Shown: one piece after another, positions 13,017-25,791 of the stretch
Position numbering within the stretch: position 1 is the stretch's first letter
Layout: each line of letters opens with the position of its first letter
Source: Schmidtea nova
Taxonomy: Eukaryota
Assembly (NCBI GenBank): GCA_044892505.1
Contig: CM097883.1
Span: forward strand, 422,344,001-422,408,000
Direction: 5' to 3'
Length of the DNA stretch: 64,000 nt
The notes under the pieces: model-generated
What the model was told of the DNA's origin: nothing
Seen by the model: the letters and a program-made list of their open reading frames with translations, nothing else
The model's database searches: none
Translations under genes and position numbers: made by a program

Positions 13017-14053
13017 TTTTACATAATAAGGAGAAATGGAAGATGTGATCCAATTAGCAGTGAAAACCGTTATCTCTTATGGTAACGTTGGTCGCATTAC
13101 AATACGGTTAATTAGAGCTTCGTTATCAAAATATTCTCAGACATTGATCAGTTTACTCATCACACAATCCTTATTTAATGGATATATAGTTGATACAAAA
13201 GGAATATTTTCTTATAATTTTACAAATCAAGAAGTTTTAGAAAATATATACGAATTTTCATCAATTTAAAAATAATTTACTCAAAATGAATATCAAAAGA
13301 AACATTAAAGAATGATTATTTGTTAGATTTTGGTTTTAAACATTTCAGAATCAAATGAACAGATCATTGAAACTAAAATTTAAAGGGATATCATGTGTAT
13401 CTAGATAATAGTGAAACCTATAGAACTAAAACAAGAAATTGACTCGAGAAATAAAGTCGGATTTGGAATAGATCGGACAATACGGATAAACCATTTGAAA
13501 AATGCATATTTCGACTTACGTATTTAATATTATTTTATTCATTTTACTCAAAAACTTTTTTTCAAAATAAAGTAATAAATTAATTCTATATTCAAAATAA
13601 ATTTTTAAATAAATATCAAATTTTTATCTTCAGGTAAGGTAAATTCTAATTGACTTGCTTGATGCTTTTNNNNNNNNNNNNNNNNNNNNNNNNNNNNNNN
13701 NNNNNNNNNNNNNNNNNNNNNNNNNNNNNNNNNNNNNNNNNNNNNNNNNNNNNNNNNNNNNNNNNNNNNNNNNNNNNNNNNNNNNNNNNNNNNNNNNNNN
13801 NNNNNNNNNNNNNNNNNNNNNAGATAGGAAAAACACAATTTGCATTTTTATGACAATTCATCAATTTCGTAGGTTGTCTACTGATGTATAATGATATTTT
13901 TCATTATCTCATAGATAGATTTCACTCTAGTGAAGTGTTTGATAACTTTTTTGAATGCTTCACTACAATATTATTAATATCTAATTTATTTATTGGAAAT
14001 AATTATATTAAAAATATATTCTTGTTGTTTCATTATTATTTAGTAGAATTTAT

Positions 14054-15301
14054 GGATCAAGTATTTTATACCCCCCGCCGGGGGGTATAAAATATTTGAT
14101 ATTAACCCTTTAACTTTATATAATGCATATATGCATTATGGCTAAAAATAATATATAAATAATTTTTCAAATTTCAAATTATACTATTATCTTATACTAT
14201 TGACACTTGTTTAAGGGTTAATTATAAAAAATTTAATTTAAATTATGAATTTCAAAAAACCCATGCATTTAGATACTTTACAGACGATGTTGATTCGAAT
14301 GACGGAAGAACAACTATTACACTGGATGTTTTCAAAAGGAGTGTATCATTCTGCCTGCATTTGCGACAGTTGTGGACAGGCTATGCAATTGAAACATTGC
14401 AAGGATTACATTGATTGTTATCAGTGGCGGTGTATGGTAACCTCATGCCTCAAATACCAAAACACCAAAAGTGTGCGGCAGGGAAGCTTTTTCGAGAATA
14501 ACCTCCTGCCAAGTCTTACTAACTTGAAAGCTCTGATTCAATGGTCAATAGGAAACACGCAGGTGACTGTATTGAAAAACGTCAAAATTTCCAAAACCGC
14601 GTATTCTAGAATGAGGAAAAAGATTACGCGATTGATTGAATACGAATTTCTTACGCATCCAATCAAGCTTGGTGGACCCTTTTCAGTAGTTCACATCGAC
14701 GAAACTAAACTTGACTATAATGTCAAAAATCATCGCGGGAGAGGTCCAGGTACCCCTTGCTGGTGTATTTGCTTCGTGGACACTTCTTTTACCCCCTCAC
14801 TGGGATATAATTTAATTGTTAAAGATCGTTCTGCCAACACATTGATTCCAATAATCAATGACGTAGTACTACCCGGATCTACGATTTTTACTGATGAATG
14901 GGCTGCTTACAGGTCTTTGGCAAAAGATCCTAACTTTGATTTTGGTACAGTTTGTCACAAATACCATTTTGTGTGTCCAATTATTGTTTTACACACACAA
15001 AATGTCGAAAGTTATAATGGGAAGTTGAAGTACGCAATCAAAATGATGAAAGGGTTGACTTTAGAAGCGAGGAAACGATTTTTGGTTGATTTTATGTGGA
15101 GAGAACGGCATACTGAAAATTGTTTTGATGATTTGCTTACGTTAATTAAAGTATGACGAGTTGTTAACATAAATATAATTATTTTTATCTCTTTAATTGC
15201 ATGCCTTTAATCATTACATTTAATTTGTGTTTATTAATTACAATTTAATCATGGGGTATAAAATACTTGATCCTTAATTGGGGGTATAAAATACTTGATC
15301 C
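14054..15301 (+). mobile_element. Merlin (IS1016/IS1595-like) DNA transposon, apparently intact
   Basis: Perfect 21-bp TIR GGATCAAGTATTTTATACCCC and perfect 8-bp TSD GAATTTAT (14046-14053, 15302-15309). Extra internal TIR copies at both ends. Confidence 0.95.
14245..15156 (+). CDS. Merlin DDE transposase, 303 aa
   Basis: Open ORF with N-terminal CxxC..C..C zinc-binding region and catalytic motifs VHIDET, IFTDEW and HTQNVES typical of ISXO2/Merlin transposases. Confidence 0.92.
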   Translation: MNFKKPMHLDTLQTMLIRMTEEQLLHWMFSKGVYHSACICDSCGQAMQLKHCKDYIDCYQWRCMVTSCLKYQNTKSVRQGSFFENNLLPSLTNLKALIQWSIGNTQVTVLKNVKISKTAYSRMRKKITRLIEYEFLTHPIKLGGPFSVVHIDETKLDYNVKNHRGRGPGTPCWCICFVDTSFTPSLGYNLIVKDRSANTLIPIINDVVLPGSTIFTDEWAAYRSLAKDPNFDFGTVCHKYHFVCPIIVLHTQNVESYNGKLKYAIKMMKGLTLEARKRFLVDFMWRERHTENCFDDLLTLIKV

Positions 15302-16389
15302 GAATTTATTTGAAATATTTTAAAAAAATTAGTAATACTAATTTTTTCACAAAATATAAATTATCAGAACTTTAATTCTACATTGAAAATTAAATTCAGT
15401 AATCATCATTCAAATAAAGTAATCAATTGATTCTAAATTGAAATTGAAATCATAATATTATAATTAAATTTAGTTATGACTTTTTATTTGGCAACAATTC
15501 AAATAAAATAATTTTTGCTAAAATCAAATACAATTTATTGTAACTAAATTTTAACACAATTAATATTTTATAAATACACGTTGATTCCATTTTAAAATTT
15601 TCAACTTATTTTTCTCATTTAATATTTTATTCAAATTATTGATTTCAGTAAATATTTTAAAGTAAATATATTTAAGATTAAAATTAGTGTCAATTTAATC
15701 TAAGTTTATTACTAAAATTTAGATTATTACAGTGATTATAATAATTTTTGGGCAAACTAATAAAAATTCTAATAACTTCCAAAGGAATTTCATTACAATT
15801 TTAAAGTAAACTAGGGAAAATTTATTGATTTATGATAATTGAAAGAATTTTGATGTCAAATAAAATTTAACAAGTATTTTATGTATTTAATTGGTTTTAG
15901 AAAATTAAATGAAGTTCAGGATTAATATCAAATAATGTTAGTAATTTGAAAAGTCCTTTACAGTAAATAATTATGTGTTAATTCAATATTTTTAGCTAAT
16001 TTAATGGTCAAAACTTTAAATTAAGATTATATCATATTTTAGGATGATTTATTGATTACTTTAGGGTAAAATATGAAAATCAAAGTCACTAAGCATGGTC
16101 AGTATAAGTTATAATGACTTGAATATTGGGTTTTGAATGATTTTTTGTCATTTAGGGTAATTTTTATGTGATTTTAAATCACGAATACATAGCTTTTTGT
16201 CATGATTTGTGGTCATTTAGGGTAATTGGTGATTCCATCAAAACGCAAAGCATTATTAAGAATTTTATTGTCAAATGATTCGAGCAAAATGTTTCGATAT
16301 TGGAGACAATAGAGCGATTTGACCAAGATTGTGTGTCGACAGAACTGAAGGCTCATCGTCATGAAATAATAAAGTTTCGAAAATAGAAA

Positions 16390-16850
16390 GGTCACAATTA
16401 AATTTATCTAATTTTACAATATCATCGATTCTTAGAATTATGATGGCAGCCTCAGTTGCAAATTTCAATGATTTAATTTTTGACATTGAAGGTTCGAAAA
16501 TTCCAGCTTCTTTGTTATTTGATACCTTGAAGTTAGTCAAATCTAATCCATACCATTTGAAACATGCTAGATCCGGAAATTGTTGGCTAGAATGATGCAA
16601 ATCACGCAATTTAGAAACCATTTCAGTAGAATCCAAGGCAGCATTGACAGCCAACTGCTTGGGAATAACCAACAAGGCTTTAGCGAATCCAGCAATTGCA
16701 ATTTGTTCTCTGGAACTAATCGTCATAGCATGTTTCTCAAGATATACATGCAAAGCGGCTTCACCACCAGGAACAACAGATTTACTTTCCAGTTCCCTTT
16801 TAACGACACAAAACGAATCATGCAATGAACGTTCCATTTCATCCACATAG
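16390..16850 (-). pseudogene. TCP1: Isolated 3' fragment (exon) of T-complex protein 1 alpha (CCT1)
   Basis: Reads DEMERSLHDSFCVVKRELESKSVVPGG---EAAL...SSREQIAIA.FAKALLVIPKQLAVNAA.DS...KWYGLDL...KSLKFATEAAIIILRIDD, matching the CCT-alpha C-terminus. Preceded by a TTTAG acceptor-like site. No upstream exons recognised. Three residues are missing from the conserved PGGGAVEA motif. Confidence 0.85.
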
Positions 16851-18150
16851 ACTAAACCGAAACCAAAAATACTTCCACTAAAAAACTTGGAATATTTAAA
16901 CAACAGACTTTTAAAAAATTCTCCCATTAACTCTAAAAAAACATAAAATAACCAAAATCAATCAAAAATTCTCTCACCACCTCCAATGCACACACATACG
17001 CACACGGACGCGATACAAATCTCCAGTACCAACAAAAACACAAATTGCGCACACAGACTACAAAGTCTGGTGCAACATTGACGAATCTTTATTGGTAATC
17101 TTTAAGTGATTTTAAAAAATATATATCACAACAGCTTTTTATTAACAATTTAATTAATTTTCTGATATTTTTTAATTTACCAGAAATTTAATGTAATGTC
17201 AATGATGAATTATGTGATATTTTAGTAAAGATATTTATAATATCAAGATTAATGAGAATTGATAAAATTTTGACTTTTTAATTAGGTATTTCATGTGGTT
17301 TATTAAGAGTTATTTTAAAATTAACGATATATTTGAGTAAGTTTTATTGAACTAAGAAGTTTGTATATTTATTATTTAAAATTTATCAATACTTTTATTA
17401 AATATATACTGATTTTATATAATTACGTGACAAATTGTCTTATAATTTTGAGAATACTAGGAAATATGAAGGTATAATACATTATAACGGTTAAATTGAT
17501 GATTTTATAGGTTTATTAACAGAATCTCTATTTGAGTTATATCATTTTGATATCGAACTTTAGTGATTTTTATTTTGAACAATGTATAGTAATTGTATTG
17601 AAGCATCAAGTCAATATGAAAATACTACATGCTTCGCAAATAATATAAATAGTGGAACGAATCGGGATAATTGAATTGATTGAATTTTAGTTTTTATTAC
17701 ATGTATTATTCAAACAATACATGAAAACAATATTCTCTAATGGTTTTACAACCTAGTGTTATTAAATACAATGACAAAGCATCTGTTTATACAAATGAGT
17801 TGGTTCTCAATGGTTGTCAATTTTTAACTAGTTGTCAAGAAATCACAACAAAATACTTTACTAATATCATATTGTATAACCAACTCTGCTATGTATGAAA
17901 AATTTGAAAGATTTAATAAATCAAATTTTTTTTAAAAATTGTCTATTTTATTTGTGTATTTTTNNNNNNNNNNNNNNNNNNNNNNNNNNNNNNNNNNNNN
18001 NNNNNNNNNNNNNNNNNNNNNNNNNNNNNNNNNNNNNNNNNNNNNNNNNNNNNNNNNNNNNNNNNNNNNNNNNNNNNNNNNNNNNNNNNNNNNNNNNNNN
18101 NNNNNNNNNACAAAAATCAAATAGATGTTAAAATTTTGATTATGAAAAGT

Positions 18151-18221
18151 GTCGGTTGTAGCTCAGTGGTCGAGGGTCTCCGATGTAACTCAGTAGTCGA
18201 AAGTTCAACTCCCAAGTTGGA
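18151..18221 (+). pseudogene. tRNA-like Pol III cassette (decayed tRNA or SINE head)
   Basis: A box TAGCTCAGTGG (18159-18169), B-box-like AGTTCAACTCC (18202-18212), TGT at the anticodon position and a following T-run. Acceptor and anticodon stems do not pair. Confidence 0.55.
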
Positions 18222-18539
18222 ATATTTTTTTTTCCTTTTAATGAAAATTTTATGACGGAATTGGATTCAGCATATTTTATTTCATAGAAATAGAAATTTT
18301 GGTTTTTTTGTGGAGAATTTAAAATTTTTATGTGAGAAGCCCAGGTTAAAATAAGTTAAAATAATTTTTTATTTTCTTTTTTATGAAAAAATCTTTACGG
18401 AGTTGGATTTTTAATATATTTAAATGTATACTAAAATTTTTATTTAATATTTTATGAAAAAATATTTAATTTAACATTCTTTTTCATTTATTAATCTTTT
18501 TTTATAAATCTTTTTTTTATAAATTATTTATTTACAAAA

Positions 18540-18609
18540 AGTTTGCGGAACCCCTGCTATCAGTCCACAGAACCCCAGGGTTCCGCGCAACCCACTTTGG
18601 GAAACGCTG
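18540..18609. mobile_element. Single hAT (Charlie/SPIN-like) terminus
   Basis: Reverse complement reads CAGCGTTTCCCAAAGTGGGTTGCGCGGAACCCTGGGGTTC. The partner end was not found and may lie in the 17964-18109 gap. Confidence 0.6.
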
Positions 18610-18705
18610 AATTAAACTATCCAATTTATATTCAATAACAGGTCATAAAAAATAGTTATAAAAATAGTGATAATCAAAAATGGTTGATCGAAAAACTGGT
18701 AAATA

Positions 18706-19662
18706 CAGTCGATTCAGCTTAATTTGGACACCGCTTAATTGGGGCAGCCGCTTATTTGGGACAGATCTCAAAGACCCGAAACCAAACCCTATAAACAATA
18801 GTAAAATTATATCTTTAATAGGGACAACATTCCGCTTAATTGGGACAGTAAATTTAAGATATGTGCACATACATTTTTTAAGTTTAGTTCTTTATTAACA
18901 AAAAAATTTATGTTAATTTATTTTAACGACTAATCAACATAATAGAAAGTATTGAGGCTTACCGGTTAAAGTAATTATGATAATAAAGTAATTTAGATGA
19001 TGATAAAGTAATTTTAATTTTTTAAAAGTAAAATAAAATAATTATAAAGATTTATTCCATTGTTTAAATATTCTCAAGAAAAGAATTTGTACAAAAAATT
19101 TTATATTTGCGATTTAATAAAACTAGACACCGATGGCGAGGATGACGAGGAATCACCTATTCCTGTGACTAACCAGGAGGCTAAAAAATGTATGGTCGCG
19201 TTACAGCGTTATTTTATGCAGGAAGGAAATGAAGGGAGTCCTACGGGCGCACTAACAATCTGTGCTGATTTTATAGAAGTGAAATGTTACAAAAACAAAA
19301 GACAGGTCACACTTGACTCATTTTTGTGATTGAATTAAATTTAGTGAGCACTCATTTATTTTTTTTCCTCAAAGGTTTATTTGCAGTAATTTTTTTTATT
19401 TATAAGATAATTTATATGAATAAATACCCCTAATTTATATTACCCAAATGTAATTTGAGCAAAGGGGATATAAAATAAAACCAAAAAATATATATGGTGT
19501 TCCATTATATTTGTAGTACTGGTTTATCGACTTTGTTGCCAAAACCAAATTAAATAAAGAAAAAAAATTCGCTCAATTGGGACAATAGCTTAATTGGAGC
19601 AGCCGCTTAATTGGGGCAAAATGCATAAGTCCCGACGTGTCACAATTAAGCGGAATCGACTG
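18706..19662 (+). mobile_element. Internally deleted Tigger/pogo-like element
   Basis: TA TSD. TIR CAGTCGATTC(A/C)GCTTAATT. Repeated CCGCTTAATTGGG subterminal motifs. C-terminal remnant EAKKCM..LQRYF...KRQVTLDSF at 19060-19329. Confidence 0.85.
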
Positions 19663-22137
19663 TATATGGTTCTAGTTAATCTAAAATAATGGTTAACGGT
19701 TTTACCTAACTTATTTGTTTATATACTTTTTCCGGTTGGGTAAATCAATCAATCAACGTTAATCACCCCACTCAAAATTTCTATTTTATTACATAAAAAT
19801 ATTTTATCACTGATTTGTTTTTTACTAAATCAGTTTATTTGATTTTATAGGGAATTTTATTTCCTGCTGGATTCTTTAAATTATATTTTTTTAGTAAGGT
19901 TGTTATAACTGTTTTTATTTGATTTTTCTTATTTGTTTCTTTTTGGGTTTATAATTATTTATATTTCGTATATTTAATTGTAATTTCATATTTAAAATTT
20001 ACTTTATATTTTTTATTTCTGTTTATTTCCTCATTTTTTGAATTTCGCACATTTCGACTAAATTCAATTAAACCTCTAGCAAATTTGTTATGATTTTAAA
20101 CGGTTAACATTTCTGATATTCAATTAATAAATGAAATTCAGACATTATTGTGATGCGGTGATTTGATTTTAGTGTATAATTACTAACTGTTGCTATTTAT
20201 CCATTTGTGAATCATTATATATTTGCTTTTAATTTTTTGTAATAATCACTAAGATTTGACTAGCTGCATGTTGTGTCCATACCATACATAATATTTATCT
20301 TATGCTTTATTCGTTGTTGCGAATGTTTTTCCATTTTGATTTTCATGGCGAAAATCTTGTTAGGATTTTACCATAGGAGTTTTAGGAAAATTTAAGAAAA
20401 TATAAATAGTTATGGAAAATTACTAATAATAATAGGAGCAATAATAGTAATAAATAAATGAGCCGTTAATTCTAAACTTAATTTCTTTCGAAATAAAATA
20501 TGAAAAAAACCATACATATTTGGAATCATAAAGAGCTCTATCTCATTTTTCGAAAATAATGACTTGTGCTAAAATAAACGGCTCAAATACAAAAAAATAA
20601 AATTATAATTAATATAGTAATTATTAAACAAAATTTATAATAATTATATATTAAAGTACATTTTAGTTAAACGGGGGGAGAATAAGTTAACTACCGTTGC
20701 GAATAAACAATTGAAATTAAGAACCGAATAGACTAAACATAAATCGCATGTTTTTTAATATAAATATCGATTGCTAAAATCTCAATTGAAGAGTAAAATG
20801 TTTAGACGATTATAGAATTAAATTGGAATATAAAAATTCTTTTACATAAAGAGTAAAATATCATTTGGAGGACCATGAAATTACTTGAAATGCTCGAATC
20901 ATTTCTTGAAAATTAAAAGTTGGAAATTAAAAGAAAATAATTCTTCGTACGAGGAAGATAATACCAATTTCGTTTAATTTATTTGCTATTTTATCACCTA
21001 ATTGTTTGTCTAGTGTTACCTTTTGACACTATTTAATTCTTGCATTTTATTTAAAATCTAAATTTCAAGGAAATCATTTTAAGACACGTATCAAACAATT
21101 TGTGGGTTGACAAGATTGTGCTAATAGCCCCCCACTCTTGAATCGTTCACCATAGATCATAGCTACTGGATTTCCGAAATTTCGATTACCTAAAGACTGT
21201 TTGAAAAGAACCGATATATTTCTTCAGTTCAGCAGTGTTTTTTTTATTTTTTGTTATCTGTAAAACTCTTGTAAAGAAAAAATAAATATTTGAAAAATCA
21301 TATTATTTATTTAATTGATAATTATAATTTAAGCAACATACAATGATTTTTATTAGGGATATATCGTTGGAGTCCGATATAGACTTTTGTTAGTTCTTAA
21401 CCCCACTGAGTGAACATAATAATTTCGTAGTTCAAATTCTTCAAAGAATGTCAAACAAATCAAACAGTCGGGGCAATTTGTCAACAAATGAATAGCAATA
21501 AACAATCTAATATTTACGAACCACTACCATTCAGGCCCACTGAAATATAACTATTGAAACAAGCAATAACATATAGGATGAAAAATATGCTACAAAATAC
21601 CATTCAAAATCATTTATATGTAAAACTTCCGACAGCTAACGCTAATGTCAGCTTTACTACAAAAATTCGTCGAGTTAAAAACTTACGTTGAGGTGTTTTA
21701 AAAATTTCTTATCAAAATTAAAAAAATATGTGATTAAAATATTTTAAATACATAAACAAAGTATTGATATGATAAATTATTGAATTTTAAAATGTCTGAA
21801 ATTATCGAAAAAGGTAATGATTATTAAAAATATCATTTTTAATTTTAAAATAGAGTATATTTTTAAAGTTTTAATTGAAAATATTGAAAAAATAATGGAT
21901 TTTATATATGGATTGAAGAAATCTATGAATCAAGAAAATGAAGAAAAAAGTTCAGAGATATGGTTATTCGGAAATGGTGATAAGAAATTTTAGAGTTTGT
22001 AGAATTTTTGACTTTGACAAATATTCCTCAAATTACTAAAAGTCATTTGGAAAAAACAAAAAGAAAGTTTGATAATTAAGGATATTTAACATTTTATGGT
22101 ATTCTAAAATAAAATTTCTTTTAATTTTTTATTATTA

Positions 22138-22325
22138 TAGACAACCCTTGTTTAACGCGGTTTACTGGTTCCGTGTTATCTAAACCCGGGTTAAATAAAA
22201 CTAAAAATTTACATATAATAAAAAAATTATAATAAGAAAAAAGTTAAAAATTTAATTATATTTTGAAAAAAAATATCTAACATTTAAAATCCGTGTTCTC
22301 AAATTACCGCGTTAAACGATGTTTA
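22138..22325. mobile_element. Degenerate Tigger-like MITE
   Basis: TAGACAACCCTTGTTTAACGCGG on the left and partial inverse CCGCGTTAAACGA near 22307. Confidence 0.4.
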
Positions 22326-22394
22326 ATTCCCCAAAAGAAGCTTCTTCATTTCAAATAAAAGAAATTATTGATAGCTTCAAAATAATTGAAAGAT

Positions 22395-22600
22395 CACTGC
22401 AAGATGGTATGACAATCCCGAAATCTACTAAGGAGTGTGAATTTGTGTATATGAGAAAAGATGTACGGAAATAATTAGAATCTCCATATACAGGTTCGTT
22501 TCGTGTATTAGAAAAGCAGCCAAAATATTTCAAGCTATTGAATGTAGAGAATATACGAGTTGATTGTCTAAAACCCGCATGGCAATCAATTTAGGAGGGC
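22395..22600 (+). pseudogene. Ty3/gypsy integrase C-terminal GPY/F module remnant plus PPT-like tract
   Basis: Plus strand reads IPKSTKECEFVYMRKDVRK*LESPYTGSFRVLEKQPKYFKL...RVDCLKPAW, followed by purine-rich AGGAGGGCAGAA then TTGTTG. Confidence 0.6.
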
Positions 22601-24881
22601 AGAATTGTTGTGATTAAATTATTAATCACACATCAATTTAACAAAATATTAATTTTGTTTAGATAACTAAATATTGTAGTAAAAATATTTTGAATTTTAT
22701 CTGATTATGTCAAATCATAACAATTCATAATAAATATTATTTAGTATAAATTTTTTAATATTTATAGTAGGCCATCAATAATGGAAACAGATGGCCATCA
22801 ATAATGGAAACAGACATATATTGAACCACAGACGAATTATATGAGGAAATGCGAAATTTATACTTAGGACCCCAGGAAACGTTGGTGTAACAAACACAAC
22901 ATGAAATATAAATAATGTATAAATTTTATAGTATTGTAGAAGTATGACAAAAATAAATTGATTATAATGTAAAATTCTTAAAAATAAAAAAATTGTGTAA
23001 CTCAAATCTGGTCGACTAAATGAAAGAAATTTGTTAAATCCAAAGCCTGTCAGCAGAAATTTTTCAATTAGAAGACGAAGTGTTCAGAGCCAGAAGAAAC
23101 GTTTGTGTAAATAATATAATAAAACGTAATATTTAAAAGAAAAATCTATAAAGAAAAAATGTAAAAAGAAACTGTAAAAAAAGTAAAAAGGCATAAATAA
23201 AAATAAAAAAGATTAATTCAAAAACCAATAAAAATTTAAAAATCAATAAAAATCAATATTATTTAGTATATATCCAGATATATCAAGGAAAATCAAGAAA
23301 AATTAGAAAATTTAAAAACAAAATCAGAAAAAGAGAAAAGAAAAGAATTGCGAGAAATTAAAAATGAAGCAGAAATCCGAGATAAATCAACAGAGAATTC
23401 AAAGAATGCGAAACGATCGAGATAATTAAAAGAGAAAATTACTTAATTGGGACAGTCAATGCATATATACTGTAATAGACGGAAGCAAAAGATGGGAAAA
23501 TTCAAAAGGATAAGAAACAGTGACTAGAACATTAACAACAAAAGGAGAGTTAAATCATCACAACGATCGATTAAAGACAATCAGAGAAAGATCATTAAAA
23601 AGAGAACAAATATCAAAAAAATGAAATCAGGAAACGACAGAAAGTTTTCTAAGCATATTATTCGAAGGCCCAGTTCATAATGAACCCAATCCCGAAATAT
23701 CCACAGCATCTGCACAGACAAATAGTTTCTACAAGCAATAACATCGAAATCTAATCTTTATGCATGTCAATGTTGAATATCTTTTTCATCGAACATTTTA
23801 TGTTCGTCATGACAGTTAATTCCTCATCAAATATAATTGACCGAATTATTATAAAATCTAAGTAAATGTAACACCCTTGTAAAGAGAGAAATATCATTTA
23901 ATTATTATTTATTTTAATTCGAACTCTCCTAATAATAAAACACGAAAACTCAATCCAAAAATGAATCATAATTGCAATAATGTGCTGTCAACTGGAAATA
24001 TCCCAGAAATCAATCCAATCAAGTCTAAATCAACAATTCAGTAATAACCCAGTCGAAAACCTTTTCAACAAACAAATGGCCAAACAAATCAAGCAAACCA
24101 AAATGAAATTCAAACCACCATTGATAATCAAATTATTTACTTTCAGAGCTAAGAAAGAGACAAATATAAGAAGAGAAAATAGAAAAAGAACTAGAAATTA
24201 AAGGTATATGAGGCCATTTACGAAAATGATCAAGAAACCCAAGACGTGATAAGAAGCTTCACAATAAAATTCAAAAAACATGCCGAAAATTAACTTATCC
24301 ATTAACCCAAATCATTCAATATAGAACAACAAACTCAACAGATTTCAAAACCCTAAGAAAATATTTCAGTTCCATTAAAACCTGTCTTGAAAAATTTCCG
24401 AAATAGATATACGAGCTCACAGCAACTAAAGAAAGCTTACAAAGAAAGCATCTTATTAAGAAATAAAATTTTCTAGGACCACGAAAGAGTTTGACAAAAC
24501 CCCGAAATCAATGACGATGACAGAAAATCCCTTTTACCACCCAGCTCAATCCTTAAAATTGGGATAATAATTGGAACCTGCTATATCATATTAAAATTGC
24601 TCTGCCAAATTTATTGAACGAATTGAAAATCTTCTAAATCGAAACCAAACAATCACTAAACAATCTAGAAATGGAAAGTGGAGCAGACAATCAATCAACT
24701 GGAATATATTTATTTGGACATAATTCTTGAATAATATGCAGAGTTGCTGATATTTCGTTGTTCATAGTAATTGATTTTGATATTCTAATAAATTTGTATT
24801 GATATGATTATTTGGTTTGCCGGTTAAAAACCTTACTGAAATTTTATAGATTATTTAACTAGGATGTGAAAAATAGACAAA

Positions 24882-25084
24882 GAACCTTTCATCGGTCGCC
24901 CTTGAACCCACAGTGATGTTTGGTCGTTCATAGTTTCGAGTATTTAGATGCTCATTGTTTGCGAACATCCATCTATTTGTTGCATTATCAACGTTACTCT
25001 GTAACCGACAACAAGATGGTTAACTAATGTTTTATGTGTTGAGTTGTTGATGATGAGCAATGGCAACGTCAAGGTCATATTGAC
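24882..25084 (+). repeat. Dispersed repeat W, copy 1
   Basis: Clearly alignable with the reverse complement of 33925-34130 (shared TTGAACCCAC.GTGATGTT.GGTC.TTCATAGTTTC, CAACAAGATGGTT, ACTAATGTTTTATGTGTTGAGTTGTTGATG). Confidence 0.85.
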
Positions 25085-25791
25085 GGTCAACAACCCACCA
25101 ATTACATCATACTATTGTTCTATAAAAGCAATAATTTGTTAGATTAAATGGATGTTGAGAGTTTTTCGATTTTTCAAAACAAAAAATAAACATATTTGGC
25201 AGACTACAGAAAGAATTCTTAAATTTAGAGTATTGAGTATTGGTTCCTTTTTCTTACTGCAATCATTCAGTTTTAGTCTTAAACAAAAATTTAATTTATA
25301 ATTTAAAAAACTTTTAGATGAAAATCATCACAATCACTCCTAAAACAAAATTAACATCAATCCAAATTTTAGTTGGCTCCTTTTATGGGTGAAAGTGTTA
25401 CCTCCTTACCTACTACCACCCAACTATGTACATTTGTCGAAGGACTCAGATTTTACCTTAGGGTTTTAAACACTTTTGTTAAAGGTATGTTTAATTTTAT
25501 ATTAACAATCAATAACGCTATGCAGTTGGTCGTAACTGATACGATTAAATCTTGATTGAATGCTATGCTTGAGTGAGTTTATTGTAACTTATTTAACGTT
25601 TTGGCTAATTTATTGATTTATTTTAGTTTTTTTAACTCGCCTTTCGTCAGGATACCACCTTCTTTTCATCTCATATTATAATATAGTATGAGGCCAGACA
25701 TAGGTTCCACATGGAGATCATGAGGCCAGACTGTTCAGGAGAATTCACTTCAAACTTATGTTGATGTTCGTTTGGTATTTATTAAGATTAT

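Noticed and set aside
13605-13891. ORFs spanning N-runs (also near 17895, 62524 and 63573)
   Set aside because: Artefacts of assembly gaps translated as X.
14054-15301. Bacterial IS1595 contamination
   Set aside because: Bounded by a perfect TSD within eukaryotic AT-rich flanks and organised like eukaryotic Merlin.
16060-16230. Interstitial telomeric repeats
   Set aside because: Only three scattered TTAGGG hexamers, two of them within a 16-bp local duplication.
18151-18221. Functional tRNA-Thr(UGU)
   Set aside because: Acceptor, anticodon and T stems do not pair. Only the promoter boxes remain.
21100-21200. Non-LTR RT motif (YGERFKSGGL) on the minus strand
   Set aside because: A single short resemblance with no supporting RT motifs nearby.
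22950-24700. Named genes in A-rich degenerate coding-like tracts (also 13030-13500, 27200-27720, 28900-29280, 30000-30660, 41950-42500)
   Set aside because: They look like decayed ORFs, but no recognisable motif supports a product call.
25640-25745. Hammerhead ribozyme (CTGACGA on minus; ATGAGGCC repeats on plus)
   Set aside because: No correctly placed GAAA box or closing stems could be built.
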